Assembly (NCBI GenBank): GCA_048882505.1
Contig: JBHLRO010000001.1
Coordinates: forward strand, 90,001 to 122,000
Direction: 5' to 3'
From: Candidatus Thorarchaeota archaeon
GTDB taxonomy: Archaea; Asgardarchaeota; Heimdallarchaeia; Hodarchaeales; Hodarchaeaceae
Length of the DNA stretch: 32,000 nucleotides
Shown: positions 1 through 8,417 of the stretch, piece after piece
Layout of the letters: the number at the start of each line of letters is the position of its first letter
Position numbering within the stretch: the first letter of the stretch is position 1
Made by a program: the position numbers and the translations under genes
Notes under the pieces: model-generated
Databases searched by the model: none
What the model saw: only the letters and a program-made list of their open reading frames with translations
Told to the model about the DNA's origin: nothing

Positions 1-805
1 AAGTTACCAGCCGACCACCTTTCCGAAGGGCTCGCATGTTCTTTTGCCAGTTTTCTTGCCCTGATGAGTCAATAACTACATCGACGCCTCGCCTATCGGT
101 GTGATAATAAATCTCCTTATGATAATCAGGATTATCAACATAATTGATGCCTAGGCTTGCGCCAAGTTCTTTTGCCTTCTTTAATTTTTCATTAGAAGAT
201 GAAGTGACAAAAACCCGCGCACCAAGCAATTGTGCAATTTGCAGGGCAGCCAAGGCGACTCCGCCGCCTATTCCTGTGATTAAAACATTATCAGCCTTTT
301 TAACCCGAGCTCTTGTTTTCACCATGCGATACGCAGTCATAAATGTTAAGGGGACAGCAGCGGATTCAGTCATATCTAACGGACTGTTTTTGGGAATTAA
401 AATCGCGTTTTCCCGTGGAATAGCCAGGTATTCTGCGTATCCCCCTCGAATATGTTCACCAATGACACCATAATTACGACAGAGAGAAACCTCGCCGATT
501 TGACAAAATCTACATTTCCCACAAGAAATTCCTGGATCAACAACAATCTTGTTTCCAGCTTCGAGATTCTCCTCACGATTTTCACTGCCTATTTCCTCTA
601 TCTCTCCGCTGATATCGCTGCCAAGAATATGGGGCATTTTAAGGTTCAATCCTGGTATCCCAGCGCGGACAAAGAGATCTAGGTGGTTTAATGCAACCGC
701 CGCGACCTTTACCAAGATTTGATTAGATTCAATTGTTGGAGTCGGATATTCTGAGAACTCAAGCTTCTCAATAGATCCAAATTCATGTAACAATACTGCT
801 TTCAT
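1..805 (-). CDS. Zinc-binding alcohol dehydrogenase / MDR-family oxidoreductase (partial, runs off the left edge)
   Basis: Not in the ORF track. Manual translation from the ATG at 805: MKAVLLHEFGSIEKLEFSEYPTP...ALNHLDLFVRAG...PHILGSDISG...DPGISCGKCRFCQIGEVSLC (structural Zn motif)...VLITGIGGGVALAALQIA (Rossmann)...GVDVVIDSSG...LRKGGRLVT. The frame stays open to position 2. Confidence 0.93.
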   Translation of the reverse strand, partial: MKAVLLHEFGSIEKLEFSEYPTPTIESNQILVKVAAVALNHLDLFVRAGIPGLNLKMPHILGSDISGEIEEIGSENREENLEAGNKIVVDPGISCGKCRFCQIGEVSLCRNYGVIGEHIRGGYAEYLAIPRENAILIPKNSPLDMTESAAVPLTFMTAYRMVKTRARVKKADNVLITGIGGGVALAALQIAQLLGARVFVTSSSNEKLKKAKELGASLGINYVDNPDYHKEIYYHTDRRGVDVVIDSSGQENWQKNMRALRKGGRLVT

Positions 806-990
806 GCTTCTAACCCTATAGGACGTAATAATAAAAAAAATCAATATTCTTAGGATCGAAAACATCAAACTGATCCCGTTTTTTGGAGAGTAAAGTCTGT
901 CCTCATTTATCTTTATTCGCTGGTCGGAAACATTTCGTTTCTTAATATAATCATATTATGCGTATTATTTCATTAATAATTAAACAAACA

Positions 991-1007
991 ATTAAAACTG
1001 TTTTAAT
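991..1007. promoter_or_regulatory. Perfect 8-1-8 inverted repeat in a divergent promoter region, possible operator
   Basis: ATTAAAAC-T-GTTTTAAT, about 20 nt upstream of a TATA-like TTTATAT (1029-1035), between the divergent MDR and S8 genes. The region is AT-rich, so a chance occurrence is possible. Confidence 0.3.
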
Positions 1008-1108
1008 AGCCATTAAATCACTGAAATCTTTATATGTCAAGAGGAGAGGTGAATAATTGAACCTTTAGAGATGTAGCGATTCAATCTAGTGGATTAGTCC
1101 CTGGAGAA

Positions 1109-2431
1109 TTGATAGTGCGATCTAAGGTAAAGAATAAGAGAGATTTGTTCATATTAATTGTTCTGTCATCTTTTTTTATACTTTACTTATCAAGAGCTAT
1201 TTGGGGCCTAGTGGCACCAATATCCTACATTCGAGTTGGCCAAACAGTGGCAGAATATCAGGGAGGGGATGGCATAGACCTTGAAGCCCAGGCTTGGCTG
1301 AATATCGACATTGCTAAAGCAATGTATGAATCTTTACCAATAAACAGATCCCGCATCGCCATTATTGATTCCGGGTTGGCAACGAGCGCTTGGACCTACA
1401 TTGAGGCAAATTCAAAAAGCCATGTGCTTCAATATATACGGTGCAACGAAGTTTTCAATCTGTGGCCTCCTCCTTTTTTTTGGAAATGGGATGGTACATA
1501 CTCAGTGGCAACCGATCCGGATGATCCCATTGTAACTGACATTAATGGCCACGGAACCGCAGTTACCTCGATTCTTGCGAACACTTTACCTCATGCGGAA
1601 ATAATTTTCATTTCCATTCAACGTGGACATCCCTCCATGGTAGAGGGAGCACTTCGCTGGGTTAAGACCAACCATAAAGCATTCAATATTAGGACGGTTT
1701 CTATTTCCACTGGTGCTACCTCTGACTACGAGAGATTTCATGACGAAATAACTTATCTTTACGGTAATGGAGTTACCATTGTGTGTGCAGCTGGCAATGG
1801 TGGTGCTTCAGAGACTAACTGCTATCCAGCTGGGTTTTCTGAGACATTAGCAATCGGTGCGCACTATGATGATCCGGATGGTTTCTTAGAGGACGGAACC
1901 GCCATAAGGGAGGCGGGAAATGTTGTAACCTCAAAACGTTCGAGACAAACTTCCGAATATGCCAATTCATGGAGCTCGATGTGTGGCCCAATACTCGATT
2001 TCGTTGTTCCAGGTTATGATATTGAGTTTCTACAGGTATCTAATAACGATGATGGAGAAATAAAATTCTGTGTTGGAGGAGGCACTAGTTTTTCGGCTCC
2101 CCTCGCAGCTGCAATCACATCATGGGTAATCGATGCATATTACTGCTTTCATTCGCACATAGAATGGGACTATGATTCCTCATCCTGCTACCTTTTTCAT
2201 GGTTGTATTCCCCATATCGAACACGAATATCCCTCTCCTGAAACAGTCCATTTGATTCTGAGTCAAACTGCAGAGTTTTATGACGCTACCCCTAATACTG
2301 AAGATCGCGTCCCTAAACCTAAGCCTTTTGGTTATAGAATCTTTCATCCTGATCTGTTCGTTTGGAACGAATGGGTCGGATATGGAGTTCTGGATGCTTA
2401 TGATGCCATAATCTTGGCCATAGTGTACTGA
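1109..2431 (+). CDS. S8 family (subtilase) serine peptidase with an N-terminal signal/membrane anchor
   Basis: Catalytic motifs IAIIDSG (Asp), NGHGTAV (His), AAGNGG (oxyanion Asn) and GGTSFSAP (Ser); hydrophobic N-terminal segment LFILIVLSSFFILYL; GGAG upstream of the TTG start. Confidence 0.92.
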   Translation: MIVRSKVKNKRDLFILIVLSSFFILYLSRAIWGLVAPISYIRVGQTVAEYQGGDGIDLEAQAWLNIDIAKAMYESLPINRSRIAIIDSGLATSAWTYIEANSKSHVLQYIRCNEVFNLWPPPFFWKWDGTYSVATDPDDPIVTDINGHGTAVTSILANTLPHAEIIFISIQRGHPSMVEGALRWVKTNHKAFNIRTVSISTGATSDYERFHDEITYLYGNGVTIVCAAGNGGASETNCYPAGFSETLAIGAHYDDPDGFLEDGTAIREAGNVVTSKRSRQTSEYANSWSSMCGPILDFVVPGYDIEFLQVSNNDDGEIKFCVGGGTSFSAPLAAAITSWVIDAYYCFHSHIEWDYDSSSCYLFHGCIPHIEHEYPSPETVHLILSQTAEFYDATPNTEDRVPKPKPFGYRIFHPDLFVWNEWVGYGVLDAYDAIILAIVY

Positions 2432-2636
2432 GATACGATCCAGAGCTAATTTTTCCTATTCGGGAGTGTAATAATTTAATCCTAGAATTCCGAAGATTAG
2501 ATTACGAATTGATCAAAAAATTACTTATATCGTAAACATTGTCCTAAGTTGTAATTAAGCGACCTATTCCCAAATGATAATTAATTCAGGATAACGGCAA
2601 AAATCAATGAATTGGAGACATTAGGGGATTGAATCC

Positions 2637-3428
2637 TTGAATCAAAAGTTAACATTGAATGAAAACCAAAATCCGCCTAATCTAATACGAATTCTGCATA
2701 TCGATTCAGAAAAACGGTTCCTTGAATTGACTAGAAGCCAACTTAGCCGATTGATGGACAACATTACGATCACCTCGCTTTCTTCCTTTTCGAAACTATA
2801 TGAACTAGTTGACGTTAAAGAGTTTGATTTAATCATTAGCAATAGTTTGGAACCGATACATCATGTGAGAAATTGTGAAATACCTATTCCATTTGTTGCT
2901 TTCGCGGATGTTGACAATGGAGACATGGCAATAAGAGCTGTTAATGTGGGGGTCGATTACTTTCTTCTAAAGGGAGATGGATCGGAAAACGTCTTTAGGG
3001 AACTGTCCAATATAATTTTAAGACTTGTCGATAAAAACAGGCTATTGTTATCAAAGAATGCGCAGGCTCGATCAAACCAATTGATGATCGATAGTTTTCC
3101 GAATATTATGGCCTTAATTTCGTCTAAGACTCGTGAGATTGTGGCTTCTAATAAGGCTGCAAGGCTGATCGGAGCTGAAGCTGGCACTAGATGTTTTGAA
3201 TATTTCTTTGACAGGAAGAGTCAGTGCCCTTGGTGCAAAGCTCCCGAGGTAGTCAAGGATTCGAAGGATCAATATATTGAAGTAGTAAAGATGGGGAAAC
3301 AATGGGCCTGCTACTGGCATTTTGTTTCCAAAGAGTACTACATGCATTATATCGAGGACGTTACGAGAAAGCAACTCCTTGTTGAGGAATGGGGAAAACA
3401 AGGAGAGAAAACGATCAGGGTAAATTGA
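2637..3428 (+). CDS. Atypical receiver (REC) domain plus PAS domain protein, no output domain
   Basis: RILHIDSE...FDLIISN...IPFVAF...GVDYFLLKG follows the archaeal receiver pattern. It is followed by a PAS-like IDSFPNIMALI...IVASNKAA...C...CPWC...HYIEDVT. Confidence 0.75.
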   Translation: MNQKLTLNENQNPPNLIRILHIDSEKRFLELTRSQLSRLMDNITITSLSSFSKLYELVDVKEFDLIISNSLEPIHHVRNCEIPIPFVAFADVDNGDMAIRAVNVGVDYFLLKGDGSENVFRELSNIILRLVDKNRLLLSKNAQARSNQLMIDSFPNIMALISSKTREIVASNKAARLIGAEAGTRCFEYFFDRKSQCPWCKAPEVVKDSKDQYIEVVKMGKQWACYWHFVSKEYYMHYIEDVTRKQLLVEEWGKQGEKTIRVN

Positions 3429-3436
3429 AGACCTGA

Positions 3437-3445
3437 TTTTTTTTT
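3437..3445 (+). terminator. Oligo-T tract, putative archaeal-type terminator
   Basis: Nine T residues starting 9 nt after the stop codon of 2637..3428. Confidence 0.45.
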
Positions 3446-3546
3446 CTCAAATTACCAGTAAAACAATTAAAATTGTATTTTACATCTCCAAACGGCCGCC
3501 CAAGGGCATCCTGTCCCCGTAGAAATACGGACAAGTAGTGGGTATA

Positions 3547-4281
3547 ATGAAATCATACGAGGTCATCTCGCTAGATCTATTTAGTACAATGGTCTATGTT
3601 GAAACTGAAAACTACAACCCTTGGGCCACAATGGAAGATGCAATCGTTCATACTCCCGACTATAAGGAAAATATTTATCCCTACGTCTCTGTTGAAGAAC
3701 TCTCAGAAGCATACTATTCTCAAATTCGTCTCTTGATGGAAAACAAGGCGCGTGAGGTAGAGTTTTCAAATATCGACGTAATATTGGATGTTTTTTCGAA
3801 GTACGGGATCGATACAGATTCGACACATTTACACCGGATTGCATCAACTATTATCCATAATTATTTCAACAATATACTTCAGCTGATCAAGATCTACCCT
3901 GAAGTCCATGAAACGCTTGAATATCTACGAAATCGAGGTTATACCCTGGTTTTATCTTCAAATCACTCATTTCCTCCAAATGGGTGGAGTGTTTTAGAGA
4001 AATACGACCTTGGGTCCTATTTCTCTCAGATTACGTTTTCAGGACAGGTTGGCTGGAGGAAACCGAGCAGGAACTTCTTTACCAAAGCATTGTCTGGGGT
4101 GTCTTACACAGATAAGGAACGAATCATCCATGTTGGCGATGATCCGCTTTCGGACGTGCATGGAGCTCTGGCTTATGGTATACACGCGTTATGGATACGC
4201 TCACCTCACCAAAAAGAAAGAACGATCGATGGTGTAATTGCAATCATCGAGGAATTTCGGCAGCTCCCTAACTATGTCTGA
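3547..4281 (+). CDS. HAD-superfamily hydrolase (subfamily IA-like)
   Basis: Motif I SLDLFSTM, motif II VLSSN, motif III WRKP, motif IV HVGDDPLSDVHGA. The ATG at 3547 is preferred; the track start is GTG 3538. Confidence 0.9.
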   Translation: MKSYEVISLDLFSTMVYVETENYNPWATMEDAIVHTPDYKENIYPYVSVEELSEAYYSQIRLLMENKAREVEFSNIDVILDVFSKYGIDTDSTHLHRIASTIIHNYFNNILQLIKIYPEVHETLEYLRNRGYTLVLSSNHSFPPNGWSVLEKYDLGSYFSQITFSGQVGWRKPSRNFFTKALSGVSYTDKERIIHVGDDPLSDVHGALAYGIHALWIRSPHQKERTIDGVIAIIEEFRQLPNYV

Positions 4282-4592
4282 TTCTCGCGAAAGGTATGGA
4301 CTCTCCGGCTAATCGCGATACGATTGGTTAAGAACCCCTACGAATCCGCGCATCCTTTCCAACGACAATACCATAATAGAGAGAAAAGGATATAGAAAAT
4401 AGAAAGTCCAATTCGCTAGGGACTCCACGAAAGATGATGCAAATATTTGGCGGCAGGACCCATTGTGATTTTTCCATATTTGTGACAACGGAACTGAATT
4501 TATCCGCTAGAAACTAGTATAAAAATCCACAGCAACCTACACTTCAGCCGTTTTTATATGGAACTGGGTAATGAATCAGGTGTGAAACAGGA

Positions 4593-5024
4593 GTGAAACA
4601 GTTTATAGTTCATCTTGATGAAACTCGTGAAGCAGAGCTGCTCGCTTCTATGGGAAAATCTTTGGGAGCTGCCAACATTAATATCTTATCGGCTTGTGAG
4701 ACAACAACCTTCGGGGTGTCTACAGCTATCCTATTGGTGAATCCTCATGACGAACAACAGGCCATTGAGGTTTTACGAGAAAATCGGATTGCCTTCAGTG
4801 CTCAGGATGTCCTAATCGCCTCATTTCCAAATAAACCTGGAACGCTGGGCAATTTTTCTCAGCTTCTGGGGGATCAGCAAATTCAGATTCAATCCTTCTA
4901 TTTGCTGCCTGCATCCTCTAATACCCGCACTGAATTTGCCCTTTCCGTCAAAGAGGCCGATTTTGAGAAAGCCAAGTCTTTTCTAGATGCTTCAGGGTTC
5001 TTAAAAACATTCAACGGCCATTAA
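4593..5024 (+). CDS. ACT domain-containing protein (tandem ACT)
   Basis: Two ACT-like repeats (LGAANINILS; FPNKPGTLGNFSQLLGDQQIQIQSFY); AGGA immediately upstream of the GTG. Confidence 0.8.
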   Translation: MKQFIVHLDETREAELLASMGKSLGAANINILSACETTTFGVSTAILLVNPHDEQQAIEVLRENRIAFSAQDVLIASFPNKPGTLGNFSQLLGDQQIQIQSFYLLPASSNTRTEFALSVKEADFEKAKSFLDASGFLKTFNGH

Positions 5025-5094
5025 AGTATTTTATTACTTCATTGCTCAGTCAACCTTGATTTGCGTTTTTATCTGCAGGATTCTGGTGAAAATC

Positions 5095-5868
5095 ATGCCT
5101 GACTGGATCAAAGCCTACGAAGAGGCATTTTCTACTCCATTCAACGTTTTCCTCTTACTTATGATGTTCATTATGCTCTTATTTTGGTGGTCAGCTCATC
5201 TTTGGCAAACCCCAGAACGGGTCCAGCAACGAGCCAAATTCTTCAGTCCTAAACCTACTCAAATTCTGCAAAAACTTCGAACGAATCATTTAACACTGGG
5301 AAAATACTTAGATTTTATTTGTATCCACATCTGGCTGTGGGTATTCGCTGTGACGATTGTTCTTGAAGTGTATATTTGTGGGCTCCAGGGTAAGGAGGCC
5401 TGGCGTTATGGTGTGATGACATTATTAGCCTGGGGCATATCCATGTTGATTCAGTTCCTTTATCCTGTAATAGTCCCAAATCGCTGGGATCAGTTTGGCA
5501 GGGACCTCCCAATAGTTCCCATCCGTCTAATCAAGTTTCCCCAAAGCGATAATGTAAATGGTTTATTATACAATGGACTCCCGAGCAATCATTTTGGAAT
5601 GATGCTTGCTGGTATACTCCTTAGTCTGTTTTTCTATGCTGATGACCGCTTCTATGGCCCGGGATTTTCAGGATGGCTGATTTTAGCCGGATTCTTTTTA
5701 TTATTGGGCATTAGTTTTATATTTGCTACCATTTATCTAGGGGAACATTATCTAATAGACTTTGTAGCCTCGTTTTTGGTTTACGTCCCTATCATGGTAG
5801 GTACGAAATTAATTCTTGATGTCCTTGTTCCTCTGTCTCCTCCTTCGATCTTCAACAGCATATGGTGA
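5095..5868 (+). CDS. PAP2 superfamily membrane enzyme, PAP2_3 / AUR1 (inositol phosphorylceramide synthase)-like
   Basis: Several TM helices with FLYPVIVP, NGLPSNH (C2-like) and ATIYLGEHYLID (C3-like H..D) motifs. The ATG at 5095 is preferred over the TTG at 5056. Confidence 0.8.
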   Translation: MPDWIKAYEEAFSTPFNVFLLLMMFIMLLFWWSAHLWQTPERVQQRAKFFSPKPTQILQKLRTNHLTLGKYLDFICIHIWLWVFAVTIVLEVYICGLQGKEAWRYGVMTLLAWGISMLIQFLYPVIVPNRWDQFGRDLPIVPIRLIKFPQSDNVNGLLYNGLPSNHFGMMLAGILLSLFFYADDRFYGPGFSGWLILAGFFLLLGISFIFATIYLGEHYLIDFVASFLVYVPIMVGTKLILDVLVPLSPPSIFNSIW

Positions 5869-5875
5869 CAGTTTG

Positions 5876-6673
5876 ATGACCAAACGCGATGTTGGATTTC
5901 TTGATCGTCTTGGCCTTATCGGGTTACTATTTCATCCGCGGAAAAACCACGGACATATTACTCAGACGGAAGACAAGTTTTCTCTTTCATTTGAGGTCGA
6001 AGAGAACATCAAGCTCGGAGGGAGGTTTTATCGAGCTCACCAATTCAAAACGGCGCCCAATCTCATGTTTTTCCATGGAAACGGTGAAATAGCAACTGAT
6101 TACGATAATATTGCTCCACTGTACCAAGAACTTGGAATAAATCTTTCTGTCATGGATTTTCGAGGGTACGGAGAAAGTACGGGGATACCGACGTTTTCGA
6201 GCCTGCTGATGGATGCATATGAAATATTTCCTCTATTTCGTAAGTTTTTAAATGACAATGGATTTATGGGTCCCGTTTCAGTAATGGGGCGTTCCCTGGG
6301 GAGCGCTCCGGCACTCGAATTAGCCAGTCATTTTCAAAAGGATCTTCAATGTCTAATAATTGAAAGCGGCTTTGCCAATACCTATTTGCTCCTACAGCGT
6401 CTTGGAATATCGGAAATACATTCGCATTCAGATAAGGCTGAAGCAATTTCAGCGTTACCTATTATCAGAGAGATTAAAATACCTTTACTAGTTATTCACG
6501 GCGAAAGAGATTCAATTATTCCCCTCGAGGAAGGAATTGCCTTATATCAGAATGCTGGTAGCAAAAGGAAAGAAATCCTTATTATCCCATCAGCAGGCCA
6601 CAATGACCTCCTGTACTGGGGACGAGATGACTATATGGCGGCCATCTCTGGGATTACTCGTGATCAAAGTTGA
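5876..6673 (+). CDS. Alpha/beta hydrolase
   Basis: FFHGNGE, MDFRGYGES, nucleophile GRSLG, acid VIHGERDSII, base GHND. The ATG at 5876 avoids overlap with the upstream gene. Confidence 0.92.
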   Translation: MTKRDVGFLDRLGLIGLLFHPRKNHGHITQTEDKFSLSFEVEENIKLGGRFYRAHQFKTAPNLMFFHGNGEIATDYDNIAPLYQELGINLSVMDFRGYGESTGIPTFSSLLMDAYEIFPLFRKFLNDNGFMGPVSVMGRSLGSAPALELASHFQKDLQCLIIESGFANTYLLLQRLGISEIHSHSDKAEAISALPIIREIKIPLLVIHGERDSIIPLEEGIALYQNAGSKRKEILIIPSAGHNDLLYWGRDDYMAAISGITRDQS

Positions 6674-6744
6674 GGGATTCTTCAAAAAAAAGGAAAAGAA
6701 GGGAAATTGTAAAGAAAACCTATCCCGGAGAAACAGGATAGGGA

Positions 6745-6960
6745 TCACTGACCTTCGAACTTAAAGCTTAACCGTATTCGAGCTCGGTATGCCACGACCT
6801 TTCCATCTTCAACTTTCGCATCGAGTTCGTCTACTGTTACATTCCGAATATCACGGAGTGTTTGTGTTGCTCGTTCAACGGCATTCTTGACTGCATCTTC
6901 CCAACCAATCTCACTCGTTCCAACTAGTGCAATTACCTTATAGAGAGAGGAATCAGGCAT
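6745..6960 (-). CDS. Dodecin family protein
   Basis: 71 aa, LYKVIALVGTS..GWEDAVKNAVERA..TLRDIR....ELD..VEDGKVVAYR..LSFK pattern; an oligo-T tract follows on the minus strand (A run 6684-6691). Confidence 0.9.
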   Translation of the reverse strand: MPDSSLYKVIALVGTSEIGWEDAVKNAVERATQTLRDIRNVTVDELDAKVEDGKVVAYRARIRLSFKFEGQ

Positions 6961-7349
6961 ATTTATTCACCTCTAATATAGAAACCAAGAAATATGGTTT
7001 TTTGAACAAAAGAACCCTTCCTTAAATAATTTGCAATCGATTTGCTCGAGAATCGCTCTATACAATGAGACATGCAATTGGATAAGACTGGGTGGAAAAA
7101 TCGTTCAATCCATGTTCAAGGTCATAAAAATGGCATTTGGATATTTAGAAAATCATGTATTGATGATACTGCAGCTTGGAGAATTTAGGGTCCATTTCGC
7201 CACGATCCTTTATATAATGGCAGTTAAAACTAAACCGACATCCTTATCCGAGATTAACAAAAAATTCGATCCCTTGAATTTAATTACGTCTTCAAAAAAT
7301 TCTTATATCCGACTCCCTCTTTATAAACCCAACATGGGTGATCAGGGAA

Positions 7350-8369
7350 ATGCAGGTCTTTCTTCAATCCGTCCTGGTCGCAGCTCGTAGATTAAAGGTG
7401 ATCTCCCTATTTATAATTCTAACAGTTGTTATCGGCACGTTTATGTTTCAATTTTTCTATTCCCCATTATATGACTCACACTTCGACCAAGATTGGCTGG
7501 ACTCGTCTTTTGCAGTAATTGGCTTGATGTTTGCAATGGAGCTATACGCATTTCCTCATGCAGGAGACATAATGATTAAACTGGTATATGTTCTATATCC
7601 CTTTCTTGGACTCGCATTAGTCGGAGTCGGCTTTCTGGAGTTTTCTATGGTTATTTTTACACAAAGATATAGATTGAATGTTTGGAATGAGTGGATGGCT
7701 CGTACAATGGAAGAACATACAATTGTAGCAGGTTTGGGGAATGTAGGCACTCGGGTGATTGAAGAACTGCGATCTCGAGAAATTCGTGCTGTTCTTATTA
7801 CCGAGGAATCTGAAGGACATTCCGAACTCTTAGAAGAATTATTCGCAGATTCTCACATTTCTGTAGTCTCAGGAGACGCCAGTAAACGTTCCATACTTGA
7901 AGAAGCTAATGTAGCTAAAGCCCGAGCTATCATCATTGTCAACGACGATGATCTGCTTAATTTCAAGGTGGCGACTCTGGCCAAGGAATTGAATCCAAAG
8001 ATACGAACTGTAATGCGAGTTTTTGATCAAAATTTTTCAAAAAAGGTAACAGATCTCTTTGATGTTGATGCTGCCATTAGTACTTCGGCTATTGCGGCGC
8101 CTGTATTTGTTTCCACCAGTTTCGAATCAGGAATCATTCAAACATTGAGGAAAGGTAATGCAGAGTTTCATTTAATGGAGATAGTTTTTACTGGCAACTT
8201 TGAAAGAGTAACGGTTCGTGAGTTGGAAGAAAAATACGATGTAAACTTGCTAGCAGTCAATAAAGAAGCTTATCCCGAACCCCGTATGATTGTAAAACCT
8301 GAGATGAAAGTTCTCGCATTCGGTCATATCGAGGCGTTAAAGGCAATTAAAGATAGATATGCAACATAG
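7350..8369 (+). CDS. TrkA/RCK-domain ion-channel-like membrane protein (2 TM plus RCK_N plus RCK_C)
   Basis: TM - pore-helix-like segment (WLDSSFAVIGLMF) - TM, followed by Rossmann IVAGLGNVG, GDASKRSILEEANVAKARAII, DDLLNFKVATLAKELNP and a C-terminal RCK_C-like region. The ATG at 7350 is preferred. Confidence 0.85.
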   Translation: MQVFLQSVLVAARRLKVISLFIILTVVIGTFMFQFFYSPLYDSHFDQDWLDSSFAVIGLMFAMELYAFPHAGDIMIKLVYVLYPFLGLALVGVGFLEFSMVIFTQRYRLNVWNEWMARTMEEHTIVAGLGNVGTRVIEELRSREIRAVLITEESEGHSELLEELFADSHISVVSGDASKRSILEEANVAKARAIIIVNDDDLLNFKVATLAKELNPKIRTVMRVFDQNFSKKVTDLFDVDAAISTSAIAAPVFVSTSFESGIIQTLRKGNAEFHLMEIVFTGNFERVTVRELEEKYDVNLLAVNKEAYPEPRMIVKPEMKVLAFGHIEALKAIKDRYAT

Positions 8370-8417
8370 GAACGCTTCTGGACTTCGGCTCAGGCGGTAT
8401 AAATGGAGTAATGAGAA

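Noticed and set aside
144-682. Track ORFs 144..473(+), 397..585(-) and 452..682(+)
   Set aside because: Shadows of the real minus-strand MDR dehydrogenase (1..805).
1046-1108. Strong SD-like GAGGTGA followed by TTG AAC CTT TAG upstream of the S8 gene, suggesting a frameshifted longer N-terminus
   Set aside because: The S8 gene already has GGAG plus TTG at 1109 and a plausible signal segment; nothing independent supports a frameshift.
4282-4592. 310 nt intergenic gap checked for a small gene or ncRNA
   Set aside because: The frames I read gave only short ORFs, and I saw no tRNA-like or other convincing structure.
7031-7390. 119 aa ORF upstream of the RCK channel-like gene
   Set aside because: No motif, TTG start, overlaps the next gene and spans TATA-like promoter sequence; probably spurious.
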